Source: Lepidodermella squamata
Lineage: Eukaryota; Animalia; Gastrotricha
DNA length: 64,000 nt
Reading direction: 5' to 3'
NCBI GenBank assembly: GCA_047495785.1
Contig: JBLDXI010000073.1
Coordinates: 372,001 to 436,000, forward strand
Shown here: piece by piece, positions 44,462 to 57,500 of the stretch
Layout of the letters: the number at the start of each line of letters is the position of its first letter
Numbering within the stretch: the stretch's first letter is position 1
Made by a program: the position numbers and the translations under genes
The notes under the pieces: generated by a model
The model's database searches: none
Told to the model about the DNA's origin: nothing
Seen by the model: the letters and a program-made list of their open reading frames with translations, nothing else

Positions 44462-45658
44462 TTAATTACAATTATTCGTTGCTATGTTTGTCATATTTGT
44501 TGATTGCTGAAATATAGGTGGTGATGTAAATACAACTCCGTACGCATACGTATTGATTGCGATAAAAATGACAGCAGCCGGCGTGAAAACCACGGCGTCA
44601 ACAATCCTCTTCCTAGTAACCTGCATCGTTCGGCCAAATGTTTGCTTAAAGTAATCACTATGCGATTTTGAAAGGCCATAGATGATCAGGAAATAAGCGT
44701 TGAGGCTCAGAGAGTAGTAAGCATTCATATCGATGAAATCGCTCAAGAAAATCCTCTGAGGCGTCAAAGGCACGCTTTGTATGACCTGGCCTTGTAAGAC
44801 GGTTAGCGCCAATAAGATGCTTACGGCGAAGACAGGTCGGTCTGGGGAGGAAGGTTCCATGCAAAAGCTCAATGTGTTGAGAAAAACCAACAGCGTGCAA
44901 GGGATCATGAGGTGATTCACGTAGTAAGTTGGATCCCGTCGTATTGATATCACGAAGGTAGCAGCCGCTCGTTTCGTCTCGCCTGAATCAGCCAGTCCCA
45001 TCCACATTTCGCTTGTAACGCGTCGCCACATGTCAGACTCGAAATATTGCGAGAAGAACATGCTTTCATTGTCTAACTTGAATACAGCAGCGTGGCGATT
45101 CTCCTGCAGCATGAATTGAACCTCGCAGCGTTGAACATCGATCGGGAACCATCGCAAGTTCATAGCACAAGCTGAGACGAATGATCCGGTGATGCCGAGT
45201 TGGAATGCGAATGAAGTTTGGTTTTCGATTTTAACAGTCATCCGAGTTGAAAAACCAGTCGACATATCGGAGTTCACGGGCGAATTCTGGTGGCTGATTC
45301 GCGGCCTCCAAATCGCGTCCTCATCCACGTAGAATTTAAAGGTCCCATTAGAGGAGTGGTTATACTCCGTACAATCGACATACCAGTAGAGCTGTAGTGT
45401 ACCGAAAATGACAAAGGTTTCGTCGATATCGTCAACATTCCTCAGCTGATCCGCGCTGAAATACATGAAAATCTCGGTTACATCGCATTTGCCGCTGTTT
45501 TTTCCGAGGGGACAATCCGGCGAGTAAGACTCAGGGGAGAAGTGAGGGCATTTATCAAGGATCTCAAGGGCTCGCCTCATAGAACTCGGCGGAACATTGC
45601 GGGCATGATAGCTACTTGCCACAATCAAAAATAGGATGAAATTCACCGTATTTTTCAT
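44462..45658 (-). CDS. Cys-loop ligand-gated ion channel subunit (non-alpha nAChR/5-HT3-like fold), intronless
   Basis: Signal peptide, IWRPRI (loop A), Cys-loop CAMNLRWFPIDVQRC, IRRDPTYY pre-M1, four TM helices. Confidence 0.93.
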   Translation of the reverse strand: MKNTVNFILFLIVASSYHARNVPPSSMRRALEILDKCPHFSPESYSPDCPLGKNSGKCDVTEIFMYFSADQLRNVDDIDETFVIFGTLQLYWYVDCTEYNHSSNGTFKFYVDEDAIWRPRISHQNSPVNSDMSTGFSTRMTVKIENQTSFAFQLGITGSFVSACAMNLRWFPIDVQRCEVQFMLQENRHAAVFKLDNESMFFSQYFESDMWRRVTSEMWMGLADSGETKRAAATFVISIRRDPTYYVNHLMIPCTLLVFLNTLSFCMEPSSPDRPVFAVSILLALTVLQGQVIQSVPLTPQRIFLSDFIDMNAYYSLSLNAYFLIIYGLSKSHSDYFKQTFGRTMQVTRKRIVDAVVFTPAAVIFIAINTYAYGVVFTSPPIFQQSTNMTNIATNNCN

Positions 45659-48366
45659 TACGATCTCAAGTTGACAAAATATAACAAGAGAGCATCCTCG
45701 CCTCGTAGGAGAACATCGCACCACCGGAAGTTGAAATTAATACTGGATGAGTTCGAAGTTGGAAATTCCATGCATTTTATTTGTTTTGTCTGGCATTGCG
45801 TTAAAAACGATTGATATGTTTCAAAGAGTAAGGTTCTCATCTGCCGACATATTGATCCCGATCAGAACAAAAAAAGCCCAACAGAAAACAATAGACAATA
45901 GACAAAAGAAAATTCTCAGCTGCCTCGTAAAACAGAAACACTTGAGGTGGAAATAGTATTTAATAGTATTTAAGCCATATTTTCCCAGGACTTTATTGAC
46001 GATTAGGCCATCAACCATCCACTATACATCGCAGCCCCATGATAAAAATGCGAATTGATGTGTATTGGCTCTACCGAGTGTATTGAATTTACCGAGGCTT
46101 TGCTAGGACCACTAGGAGAGCTAGGAGGCTTTGCTTAGGAGTGAAATGTATCACAACAAATTTCTTTTACTGTAAAGGTTACACTAGGAACTCTCAAAGT
46201 CCACCCTGTTGGAAATTCGGAGGTTGGAAATTTAGGGTCCGATTGAATCCGAATGGAATGGAATCTTCTTGGTTTCACATAGCTTTGATATGAGTCAAAC
46301 CATTTTACAGCAGTATGAGCCCACAATTTCTCAAGGTTTTTGATGCGAGACAACCGACAACCATCATTTCGTAATGCTGAATGCGTTATTCCCATCATAA
46401 TATCGTTGATCTTATGAATCATTCGCCAAATCATTATGTGGTTAGCTGTCTGCGCCTGGATGTTTGCTTTTCAACTACATACCGCGCTCATGCTTACTAT
46501 CAGTCATTACATTTTAAAGTTGAATAGCAATTGGAGTTTTCTTCTCAATGGCTAAGCTATTTCTCGTCGTTATTGCTCTATTGGTAAGATATAGTTTGAA
46601 AGCATATTAATGACTACATAAGAACATGTTGATCTTGTTTCATGAATTACGCAAAGCTTTCGTAAGAAACAAAAGATTCTTCTTCGAACCTTTTGCAACC
46701 CGAAAAGCGTCTTGTTTCTTGCTACGGCTTTCCTAATAATTATGACAATGCAACTTTTAACGCATTTCAAGGCTATTTTCAACTTGAAAATGCCCGAAAA
46801 AGCGTCAGCTAAAGCTCGCTTCGCTCGCAAATAGGTTTTCAGGTGTTTTTTAGACCCCGAAATTTTCGAAGCCGCAAGTAAAAAAAATTATCACCCCCCA
46901 AAAATAAATCCTGGCTACGCCTCTGATTATGAACCTGAAACAGGTGGTCGTGGTTTCACTCGTAGCTGACGTTGCTGCTGCTGCTGAAGATGGTGAACCG
47001 TGCAAACTATTGGGCAACATTAACGGCTCTTGGAAAAACAATTTATGCGTTCCGACGGGGCAGCGGCGCGAGGAAACGGAGTCACAGCCAGTGGCAAGGA
47101 CAATAACTCGTAACGGGCGCTAATCGATGAATTCAAAGACGATGGAGATGAGCAGAGGAAGATTTTCTGGGCAGCAATTGCAATTATTCGCTCTGCTTTC
47201 AGTGATTTTGCTAGTTTCCCATCAGAAATTGAGTAAAACATTGCAGGGGACATCTAGTTTGAAGTTTAATATAGCCTGTCTTCAATTTCTTTGAAGTGAA
47301 TAGGCCTTTCCGAGAGATGAAGCTCTCTCCTACCTCTCATAAAGAGCTTGAAGGCAGCAATGGTTGAGTTTCATCGGGAAATAAGCATGCTTGCTCGTAT
47401 GTTTTCAGTAACGCGATCTTGTACGAGCGCTCCTTCCTGCATTGCGTGGAAAGCTGAGTCGTTAATTAGTCGAAAGCTTTATTATCTGGCTACTATTTTA
47501 AGGTTGAACCATTGTAGGGCAGGAATTCACGAACACGCCCCAGACGCCCGTCTTTCGCGTTGAGTACGGTTGAAAATTTCCAGTTCAGCACGTCTTTCCT
47601 GCGTTTCTCACTGCTAGAAGATGCAACGACTACAACGACTATTGAATTCGAATAGGAATTCGACGCATACTTTTCAGGACATAAGTCCATCACTTGCGAA
47701 TAATACGCATAGATCAATATGATTTCTGAAGATTTTCGGAGGCTTCGGACTTCGGACACAAATTACTTCGGACGTCCATTTTCCATATTATCCTTACCAG
47801 TTCTGCTGTCCTGCTTCGATCTTCTGAGCGAGCTCATCAACTCACCACTGCAATAAAATACATTTAAGTAGATTTGATAAACCCAAAATTAACCAAGCAT
47901 GTCCTAGTGGTTTTTGAATACAAAATAAATTGAAGTGCTGAATTCGATGAATACCCTGATTTTGATAGCGGCGAGGTTAATGAGTAACTAAAGTCAAGAC
48001 GATCATAATCCTTGCGATTGCAGGTCGAGTATTAACCGGAAACCAGCTGTTTTGCAAAGCTAATTAGTAATTCAATAGCCTACGAGCGCGCTCCCCGGCA
48101 TCACGTGGCATTCCAAGCTTCTTGTTTGTCGCTGGATGCGAAAATAACGAATCCTAATAAGCTTCATTATATAGCTAATATGTTAACATTTCATCAGCGT
48201 CAGACAGGAACTCACGATCAAACTTCGGAAGTCCATTTTTAACACCTTTTTAGTTCAGTTTCCGGCGGGGTCTCATGTCAGTGGAGAAGAGCACGTCTAA
48301 CCTACGCCTTCCTGGACAACGTATAAATATTCATATTCGGATACACCAAAATTGCTTTACCATCCA

Positions 48367-50775
48367 ATGATATCAAACATGTCTCTCTCGTTTATGATTG
48401 TAATTGTCGCCTCAGTAGTTTCTGTGAGGTGCGAGCTGCCAAAGCTGCGACTACCTAACTTCATGCCATTCACCGGGTTGGAACCTAACAAGTACCAAAC
48501 ATGCAAAGCTATGGCTGAACTAGTTATCGGGCTAGTCAACAATCGCAGCGACATTCTGCCGAATTACAAAATCGAGCCTCAATTCATCGATGACAACAAC
48601 GGGCCAATGCTAGTTCGCCGTTTTCTCGAATTCGACAATCAATTTACTGGCAACAAACTCGATGAGAATACTTTCAAAGCTCCTATAGTGGTTGGCCCGG
48701 TTAGCTCTTGCGAACTGATAGCTTCGTTCGTCAACAAACTAGGATATGTTCAAATCGCCCAATGCGCATCAGATGTATTGAAGAGCCGAGCCCGTTTCCC
48801 GAATTTGTACCTAATCCGACCCTTAGGAGCTCAGTCTTGGATATCGCGGCTTCGTTTCATTGTCGATGTTGGGAAATGGAACTACTTCGCGCTGATTGTC
48901 AACGCGAACCAAGATTTTCAAGGGGCCAAACTCATGCAAAGGTTGGCGATTCAAAATGGCGTTCAAGTCTATCTTAACGCAGTTCCGGAATTCGACGACA
49001 GCGCTGCGATGGCTTTGAAACAATCTCAAGCTCGTATAATTGTTGTCTATGCAACTGGTCCGATGAACTATCAAGTCCTGTGTCGCTGTTTCAACCTCGG
49101 AATGACTGGTCCGAGGTACGTTTTCATCCTGGCAGGTAGCTCCTTCGCAGATCCAAGGACCTTACCAGCCGTTATCTACCCAGGCTGTACCAGGGAGATG
49201 ATTTTCACTCAAAGTCTCTACTCAATCATGGTTACGTCTCAAATCGTAACAGATGAGCCTTTGGTCAAGTCTGAGTTGGGCTACAATATGGTTGAAATGG
49301 ATAAAATGTTGGATTTATACACGAATTACTCAAGACTCCCTGACTACGGCAATCGCTACCTATGCCATGACGTAACCCTTCAAAGCTTGCTACTATTGAA
49401 TCGGACCGAATATCGACTTCAAAGAATGGGTTTGAGTTTAAGGAATATCACCACCCACCCTGATTTGATTGCTAGAATAATGAATGACTCGGCGTTGCGA
49501 ATGAGTTACATAGGCCTGAGGAAGAGCGGTCCGAGCTCTTACAGCCAAGATCGGGGGGAGATGATGGGCAGTAAGTGGCCCGTACTTCAATGGAACCCTA
49601 CAGACGGCCTTAGAGCTATTTGGATGGTATCCCAGGCTGAGAGTAACGATTCAAGCAACGAACTGTCAATGTACTCAACTTACAATGTCCTAAAGCCGAA
49701 ATGGTACACATTGGATGGGACACCGCCCGCGGACAGGGCTGACGTACGTTTTCAGGTTCAGGAAATTCATCTGGCACTCAAAATCACCATGTTCGTGCTA
49801 TGTGCGGGTTTGATCACGATCAAACTTGGCGTTGTCTTGCAAATTTTGCGCTACAAATCTCCCGACAAGTTTCGACGAATGCCATACGCCTCGACATTGC
49901 AATTCATTTTCCTCTGCCTCGTCGATATTTCAGCCATCATTTTCGCTGCGGAGGTTGATGAAACACGAATGATAGCCACCCACATGGCTAGAGTTTTAAC
50001 CCTCGTAATCGGTCTAAGCCTATCGAACTTCTGCATGATATTCCGGACAATCGCTGCGAGTAGCTTGGTTGCTAATGTTAAGCAGAAGGCGAAAGGCGAG
50101 CGGTTTTATTGGGTTCAAATGACCTTCAAAAAATCGAAGGGTGACCGGAACTCAGGTCGGGGTGGCAGCGGCACGATCAGGCCAACTCCATCCTCCGTCA
50201 GTTTCCCCCCAATCAATCACGACGACTTCTACTTGAAGAAGATTTGCCGCGAAACGTTCAGCCAACTCGAAAGGAAATGTGCGATTTCAAACGTGATAGG
50301 ATTTGCGCTACTGGTTGCTTACGTAGCGATTTGGGCGTGCTTTGACCCTACCAACTGTGAGAATATTATGGTAACCCCAAGCCCTGTCTATTACGATGAA
50401 ATCGATACTTACATCTCAACCTCAGCCGTGAGTTGTCACGGGGATTCTCAAGACATTTGGTTTCTGGTCATTTTTGGGGTTAACATCGTGCTGCTAGTTA
50501 TCGGTTGCCTTTATGCCAGGAAAATGACCAGAGATACTAAGTTCATCTTACACCATTGGGATTTTACGTATCTGTTCTATGGTATGACGAATTGTATCAT
50601 AACTATGTTAGCTTCATTTCTCGTTTTGCTGGCTGTTCCTAAGAGTCCGGTTACGATCAGGATTGTTGTGGCTATTTCTGCGATTTGGATATCAGCTACA
50701 ACATCAGCTATTTGCTATTTGCCGTATCGAAAGAATCCAGTCCTAGTACGAGATGAAAACGAGGTGAAAGTTTGA
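48367..50775 (+). CDS. GABA-B-like class C GPCR copy 6 (subfamily B), intronless
   Basis: ~800-aa ORF collinear with copy 5; TATAAATA at ~48322. Confidence 0.92.
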   Translation: MISNMSLSFMIVIVASVVSVRCELPKLRLPNFMPFTGLEPNKYQTCKAMAELVIGLVNNRSDILPNYKIEPQFIDDNNGPMLVRRFLEFDNQFTGNKLDENTFKAPIVVGPVSSCELIASFVNKLGYVQIAQCASDVLKSRARFPNLYLIRPLGAQSWISRLRFIVDVGKWNYFALIVNANQDFQGAKLMQRLAIQNGVQVYLNAVPEFDDSAAMALKQSQARIIVVYATGPMNYQVLCRCFNLGMTGPRYVFILAGSSFADPRTLPAVIYPGCTREMIFTQSLYSIMVTSQIVTDEPLVKSELGYNMVEMDKMLDLYTNYSRLPDYGNRYLCHDVTLQSLLLLNRTEYRLQRMGLSLRNITTHPDLIARIMNDSALRMSYIGLRKSGPSSYSQDRGEMMGSKWPVLQWNPTDGLRAIWMVSQAESNDSSNELSMYSTYNVLKPKWYTLDGTPPADRADVRFQVQEIHLALKITMFVLCAGLITIKLGVVLQILRYKSPDKFRRMPYASTLQFIFLCLVDISAIIFAAEVDETRMIATHMARVLTLVIGLSLSNFCMIFRTIAASSLVANVKQKAKGERFYWVQMTFKKSKGDRNSGRGGSGTIRPTPSSVSFPPINHDDFYLKKICRETFSQLERKCAISNVIGFALLVAYVAIWACFDPTNCENIMVTPSPVYYDEIDTYISTSAVSCHGDSQDIWFLVIFGVNIVLLVIGCLYARKMTRDTKFILHHWDFTYLFYGMTNCIITMLASFLVLLAVPKSPVTIRIVVAISAIWISATTSAICYLPYRKNPVLVRDENEVKV

Positions 50776-51239
50776 CCTTATATTAGTTCGATTCCTTATA
50801 TGTAATAAAATGAAGTTCTTGGCTTGGATTTGCCACTAATTATGCTTCTGCTCGTTGTCAGTCGCGATGCATTATGCGCTGGACAAGAAAATGATAATTT
50901 ATCCCACTGTTTCATTAATTTAGCGAGGTTTTGGAGCGTGTTATAGTGGGAAATCTGCAAAATCTTTTCGCTTTGCTTGCTTTTTAGTTAACAGGACTAG
51001 TCATTTTGGCAAAAACAGTAGGGAAAAACAGTGAAATTTGTTCATCCTCCGGGTCTCTTGATTCAAGAGATTTCTTTATTTTGGTAATCTTCCGCAACTG
51101 CTTCATTTTCAATGGCTATCCAATTTTAATTGAAGGCTTTGTTAATATACAAAGAATTGTATTCATCATCCGTATTAATATAAATAACATAAAACAATGA
51201 AAAATAATTATCTCTTTAATTTAAAAGTGAAGCTTTTCT

Positions 51240-53460
51240 TGACAACAAAAGGCTTTGTGTGTGTTTACGCTAATATACCGGGGTTTATTACGACGGTATA
51301 TTCTCTCTCGTAATAACGTGTATTCGTGAATTTTTAAGCTACCTGCACGCCGGTGTGTCAAAATGGCGGCAACGTGTGCAAATGTGCGAATGGCTACACA
51401 GGCTCAGCCTGCTCGGTATAGCTAAAATAGACAATAGACAGCAAAATTTGGCATCATCTGCCAACAAGCTTCGCATGCCACAAAAATAGCCACAATTTTA
51501 TGATTCTGCGACTCGGGATGGACTGGTTTGTTCAAATTTTGAATTATATTAAATGCTTTCTTCAGCTATGTTACGATTTTATTAACCAAAAGCGGCCTGC
51601 TTCCCAGCCTCGCCCAGCTTCATTGGACGAGCTTGTACTTGGCGCAGATTTGTCTCTCGGCAGTTACTATGACTACGGGATGAAATCTTTTTACCGTGCA
51701 CCGTGCATCCAATACTAAATTATGTAAATAATCTTAAATCTTACCAAGCTATGTGCAAGGCTTTTAAATGAGAACAGCTTTGAACCCCTTATTAATCAAC
51801 TTACTGAGAAGAAGGGGAACACCTTTTGCAACAAATTCGATTGCAACACCTCGTGGTAACAATTTATTTAATTTAATTTTTCATTTTTATTTTCATTTTT
51901 ATTACTTTGTTTTTTTTCATTTTACATATTCCACTTTTTCATTTTTCTGTTTATTTAATTTTTTGATTATTTATTTTAATTATTTTAATTATTTTTATCA
52001 TTTTTTGGGACCCCCACGAAGCAGCAGGCTTCGAAGAAGGGTAAGCGCACTAAGCAGTCCTTCCAGGAGGCGCTCAGGCTTAGCCTCTGATTTTCAACCA
52101 ATGGACTAACATGATGGTCAGCTATTCTAGCTTTCCACACCTAAATTTGAGGAACTTAAGTCATGAAAACTCCGTAATGTAGCTCAGACCTCAATTTTGT
52201 CGAAAAAGTCGTTTTTCGATAATTCTCCAAAATTCATAAGCCGGGCTCTTCAAGTTATGATGGGCCTATATTCAGAAAATTACGCAGCATTTTACCGTAA
52301 TTAATTTGATTTATTGTAGCGTGGCTTTGCACCGCTTTTTGGGTTTGTCCTGCTTTGAAGCCTACTGCTTCGTGGGGGACCCTTTTTTCATTTTATTCCC
52401 TTTTTTCATTTTTTTCACTTTTTTCATTTCTTCATTTTTGATCATTTTTCTAATTATTTAAATTGTTGATTATCATTTAGTTTTTCATTTTTATCATTTT
52501 GTCATTTTGCTATATATAATTTTGACTCTCAAGATTTATATCCCACCCAGTGTGTCAGTAGAAAAAGAATTCTTGCGTTTGAAGTTTGAAGATGCTCTGA
52601 TGCAACGTGTGCCAAAAGTAAATGTTGCTGAAATGGTTGCAAAAATGGAGGTTTCTGCTTATCTGCCCGGAACACCCGCAGCTGCTGTGATCAATGGGCT
52701 GGCAAAGTCTGTAGCCTAGTGGTTCCTGACAACAATTTCCTGCTACCCCAAATTTTCTTTTCAAAAAAGGCGCGACCCAATGCTTTTCATATGGCCTATC
52801 AGAAAAGTATGCAATTTTGCTTGAATAAATGATTGTGAATTTAGCAGACGGTTCAATAATTTTGACAGAAGATAGTTCAAAATTGCTCCAAAATTGCATT
52901 TTCACCATCAATTGTTTTCATAATTTGCGCTGCGACTTCCGAGGCCCCAAAAACCGTTCGCTGAGTTAAAAAACCGCTCGTGACCTCACTTTCATGCAGA
53001 GGCTTTGATTTGATTTGATTTGATTGTGATTATATATATTTTTATGCCATAATAAATGTGCCGTAATTCTCAAGTTTCTCTATCCGTTTACCATGGATTT
53101 TTTTGGGATTTGACTTGAATTGACTGATTTAAGAAGACTTGTGATTTACTGAAGAAATCAAATGAGCCTCGACAAATTGTGAAAACCGTATCATCTGACG
53201 ACATTATTTTTTCTAAAATTCCCATGTCCGATTACGCAAGTCGCTCTGCCGGCACCAGGGCTGGGAGATGGGCTAAGTATATTTGCGTACAATTGCTCCG
53301 TTCTAGATTTTTCTGATTTGATCTATTGCTCTTTCTGATTTACAGCAATAATTACTTATAATTTTATTTCGCTATAGGCACATGTCTTACGGCATGGCAA
53401 ACGACGGAATTAGCTCCTACGTCAATCTTGTGCCTGTAGTAACTCCAGCATGCGTTACGA
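51240..53460 (+). pseudogene. Scattered decayed exons of an EGF-repeat gene paralog
   Basis: 51317-51420 matches 56650-56770 including intron sequence; ~51503-51530 matches ~56871-56898; ~53378-53445 matches ~57450-57520. Confidence 0.75.
52007..52382. repeat. Inverted-repeat element in T-rich low-complexity flanks
   Basis: GGGACCCCCACGAAGCAGCAGGCTTCGAAG is inverted as CTTTGAAGCCTACTGCTTCGTGGGGGACCC. Confidence 0.65.
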
Positions 53461-54509
53461 ACATGAACGAGCAGCACTTTGTCAAGATCCAAACAATCCG
53501 AACATGTGACAAACCTTTTATCATAGGAAAAGTGACAGTAAAGCTTCCCGCGTTCCGCTAGACGTTGATTGGTGAACGGCCAAAAGTAGCTTCGATTTAA
53601 AAGGACTACAGCTACGGTTGGACAAGGACATGATCGAATGGTACCGAGAATGGGCCCGATTGCGATTATTCCAAGTCTATTATGCCATTCGGTATGGGCT
53701 CCAGGATAACCATCTGTTATACACACTTTAATCGTGATTTCTGGTCATTAAGGATTGAAAAGCGCAGCTTCAACGCAATGATGCGGGTATACAACTCAAC
53801 GAGGAAAGCAAAAATGACATTTCATCATTGAATAGCTTCAAAAATGATGTACTCATATAATTGAAGTATTTAAATTTTTTAATAAATTTCTTTCGTATCC
53901 AATGCTGCTTTCGTGCAATTTTATTATGAAATGTTCAGGAATCCCAATGGATTTCATTCGATTTTCTCGTAATCTTATGATTTCGGGGATAATTTTCGGA
54001 AATGTTATTTTATATTTATTTTATAATTATATTTTTCTTAACAGTGCCGTATCCTAGTTTCAGTCAGGCCACTAGGTCTTCTCATTCGGCCGGTGATGTT
54101 TTTCTATGCCTTACAGATCCATCAGCCAGTAGCGCTATTCGTTTGATGAAAAAATGTTAATTGGCTGAGAAAAAAATATGGAAAATTCGCGCTCGTACTG
54201 CTTAAGCATAGCCTCTTTGTTCAAACAAAATACAAGGGGGCTTCCAATGAAAAATAAGTGCGTTTAACGAATAAGTAGGGCAATAATAATAATAGTTTCG
54301 CTCTGTGTGTCAATTACCTGTGCATGCTCATCTCTGGCATATATTGTGGTTTAGCTCTAAGTCAAGCTCACAGCCACCGGCCGAGCGCTCGTATCTCTAT
54401 TTACGTACTGAGCATAATATGGAGTCGTAAACTCAATTAACGGCAATATGTATGTTCGAGAAGGCCGATAACCCTTGATTCGCGCCAACGCGTCAAATGG
54501 TTGGCAGCA

Positions 54510-54517
54510 TATAAATA
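54510..54517 (+). promoter_or_regulatory. Putative TATA box of the EGF/lectin gene
   Basis: TATAAATA ~75 bp upstream of ATG 54586. Confidence 0.4.
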
Positions 54518-54585
54518 AACAGAAAAAGTGTTGAGGTCTACATTAAGTTAGTTTTTCGAGTGTGAAAGGTGAATTTCTGTATCAG

Positions 54586-57500
54586 ATGACGTTAATACTG
54601 GCACTACTCTATGGTAACATCCCGGAAATCAATTCATCGAATATAATCAGCTTGTTTATTTCTCTTCGAAGGTCTGATTGGGGCGAGCTTGTGCTGCAAC
54701 CCAAACGAATCTCAGAAAAAAAGCGCGGTAATTCATGGTTCTTGCTCATTCGTATCTGACCTCATGAAACCCTGTTTCTAATCAGCTATACTGCTCGAAT
54801 GGTGGAACTTTCGACTCAGCAAGCAGTTCTTGCCTTTGCCCATCTGGGTATGGCGGTTCCCAGTGCGAAAAATGTAAGCAGAAATTCCAGATGGTTTCCA
54901 ATATCAAATCATTCTGCCATAGTTACGTGCCCCAACTGTCTCAATGGAGCTAGCTGCAGCGGTCCGAACAAATGCAGCTGTCCATCAGGCTGGTCCGGTT
55001 CGAATTGCGAAACTTGTAATTGATAAAGGAATGGCTCGTTACAAGCGTTGATGTTTGTAAATTGCTAGCTAATTGCGATGGCCTTCCTTGTCAAAATGGC
55101 GGAACTTGCGTCGGCGCTAACAAGTGCAACTGCACTGAACGGTGGATGGGTCTGAACTGCGGCACATGTAAGAACAGGCTTCTTTGAGGTTTTAGAGTGA
55201 CTAAATTTCTCTCATTTAGCTGCTTGCTCGAAGAACCCGTGCCAAAACGGTGGGACTTGTATTGGCTACAGCCTTTGCTCTTGCCCTACTGGCTATTCTG
55301 GAACCGATTGCAGCAGTACGTGCTTTCGGAAATTCAATGAATGATTCTCATCCTCCTGTGTTGAAGCTTTCTGTAACCCACCCTGCGCAAATGGTGGAAT
55401 ATGCCGAACTGGGAATAGTTGTAGCTGCCCTGTAGGCTGGACAGGATCAGATTGCACCACGCGTTAGTGCTACGCAGAATTTGTTTCATTGATTCACAGA
55501 ATATTTTGAATTTCACAGCTTCCTGCAACCCCGCGTGTCAAAATGGCGGCACGTGTTCGAACCAAAAGACTTGCACGTGCCCTAATGGCTACACGGGCCT
55601 TACTTGTGGAGTCTGTACGTCAGACCATTATTGGCCCTTTCTCCATATTGCTAACCTTTGACTTGTAGTCACGTGCTCTCAGACCTGCGCGAACGGAGGC
55701 CGATGCTCGGGACCGAACACTTGCACGTGCGCCGATGGTTGGACTGGAAAGGATTGTACCACACGTATGTCGCCTCGAAAATCGTTGTATATGAGTCCCT
55801 CCTATCTCTAATCAATTTCAGCGACCTGCTCACCGGCCTGTGTCAATGGAGTTTGCAAGGCCGATCGAACTTGCGACTGCACTGGTACTGGTTACACCGG
55901 GACTCGGTGTGAAACAGGCAAGTTTCATCGATTCATTATGATTGAATCATCTTTTATTCTGGCAATCACTGCTCATATTTTCTGCAGCCGCCTGCTCCCC
56001 TGGTTGCGCAAACGGCGGAGTTTGTTCAAGACCCAACACCTGCTCATGCATTAATGGCTACACTGGGCCAACCTGTGCTCTCTGTTAGTATTTTGGGTTG
56101 TCATTGAAATTTCAGGCTATATTTTTCCTACTGATTCGACAGCATCTTGCTCGCCCGCTTGCTTGAATGGTGGAATCTGCGAAGGCAATAAATGCACATG
56201 TGCAGCTGGTTGGACGGGAAATGACTGCTCCATTCGTAAGTCTTCTTGTCATAAACCCTGTAATCTCGTCTTCATCCATTTATTATTGGAAATCTTAAAT
56301 ACCGTGAATATTTGATCCTATAGCAGCCCGGGCCAAATTTCAACCTGGAAATTCAAAAAAGTCCAAAAGTAAATTTGGGTGAATTGTTCATATTAGATGT
56401 TTTTGAACCGACTTGCCCCCTCAACCCTTGGCTACTACTAGTGAATGGGCTCCTGTTAGAACAAATCAAGTAAAATTATTCCGTGTGGCTTATTCAGTTT
56501 TAATATCCACATTGAAATTAAATTAATCTACTGCTCAGATTTGAAAGTTTTTTCGCGTGAAATTACCCTTTTGCATAAAAACAAAAGGATCCGCGTTTCT
56601 TGCTAATATACCAGGGTTTAAAATGAAAGTATTATCTCACTTAATTATACGTGTGTTCGTGAATATTAAAGCTACTTGCACGCCGGCTTGTCAAAATGGC
56701 GGCACCTGCCTCGGCGGCAACGTGTGCAAATGCGCGAATGGCTACACAGGCTCAACTTGCTCGGATGGTATGGCAAACAGTTGTTGACAGCTGTTAATGA
56801 TAATATTCGCATGATGTAGCTGTGTGCTCGCCAACTTGCAAAAATGGCCGATGCACTGCGACAAATCTGTGTTCTTGCGACTCCGGATGGACTGGATCAG
56901 ATTGCTCAACTTGTAAAATCACCCTAATTTTCTCTCTAATCAATCAACAATTTTTAATATTGCGAAGCGGCTTGCTCATCACCTTGTTTGAACGGAGGAG
57001 CTTGTAGTGGAACGAACAAGTGCTCTTGCGTTAATGGATATACAGGAGCAACGTGTGCAGAATGTGAGTCATCTCTTTACCTTCATTGCTGCTCCGGCTA
57101 ATATGCTTGTCGATCATCATAGATACTTGCTCACAAACGTGCAAAAATGGAGGTGTCTGTATACGCCCAAACACATGCAGCTGCGGCGATCAATGGACTG
57201 GCATAGACTGCAGCATACGTAAGTAGTGGTGATATTTTTAAACTGAGGATAAAATCATGATTGTAAATGAACTGGAAGGACTGGAAGTAAACTTGAATCA
57301 TGCTTTGTATTCTTAATACATCATCGGCCCTTGCTTTTGGTGTATAGCTGTTGCATAGCTTCTCAATACTCGCAAAGCTAGTGGGAATCGATTCGAAAAT
57401 AGCACCTCCATTTGAAAATGCTGAGTTTGTAATGTCATTGCAATTTCAGCCACGTGTACTCCAGCCTGTGCGAACGGCGGCATTTGCTCCTACGTCAATC

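Noticed and set aside
46929-47850. Coding-like minus-strand ORF fragments
   Set aside because: Interrupted by stops, with no recognisable motif or consistent splice model.
51768-52109. 113-aa F/Y-rich ORF
   Set aside because: Translation of low-complexity T-rich sequence.
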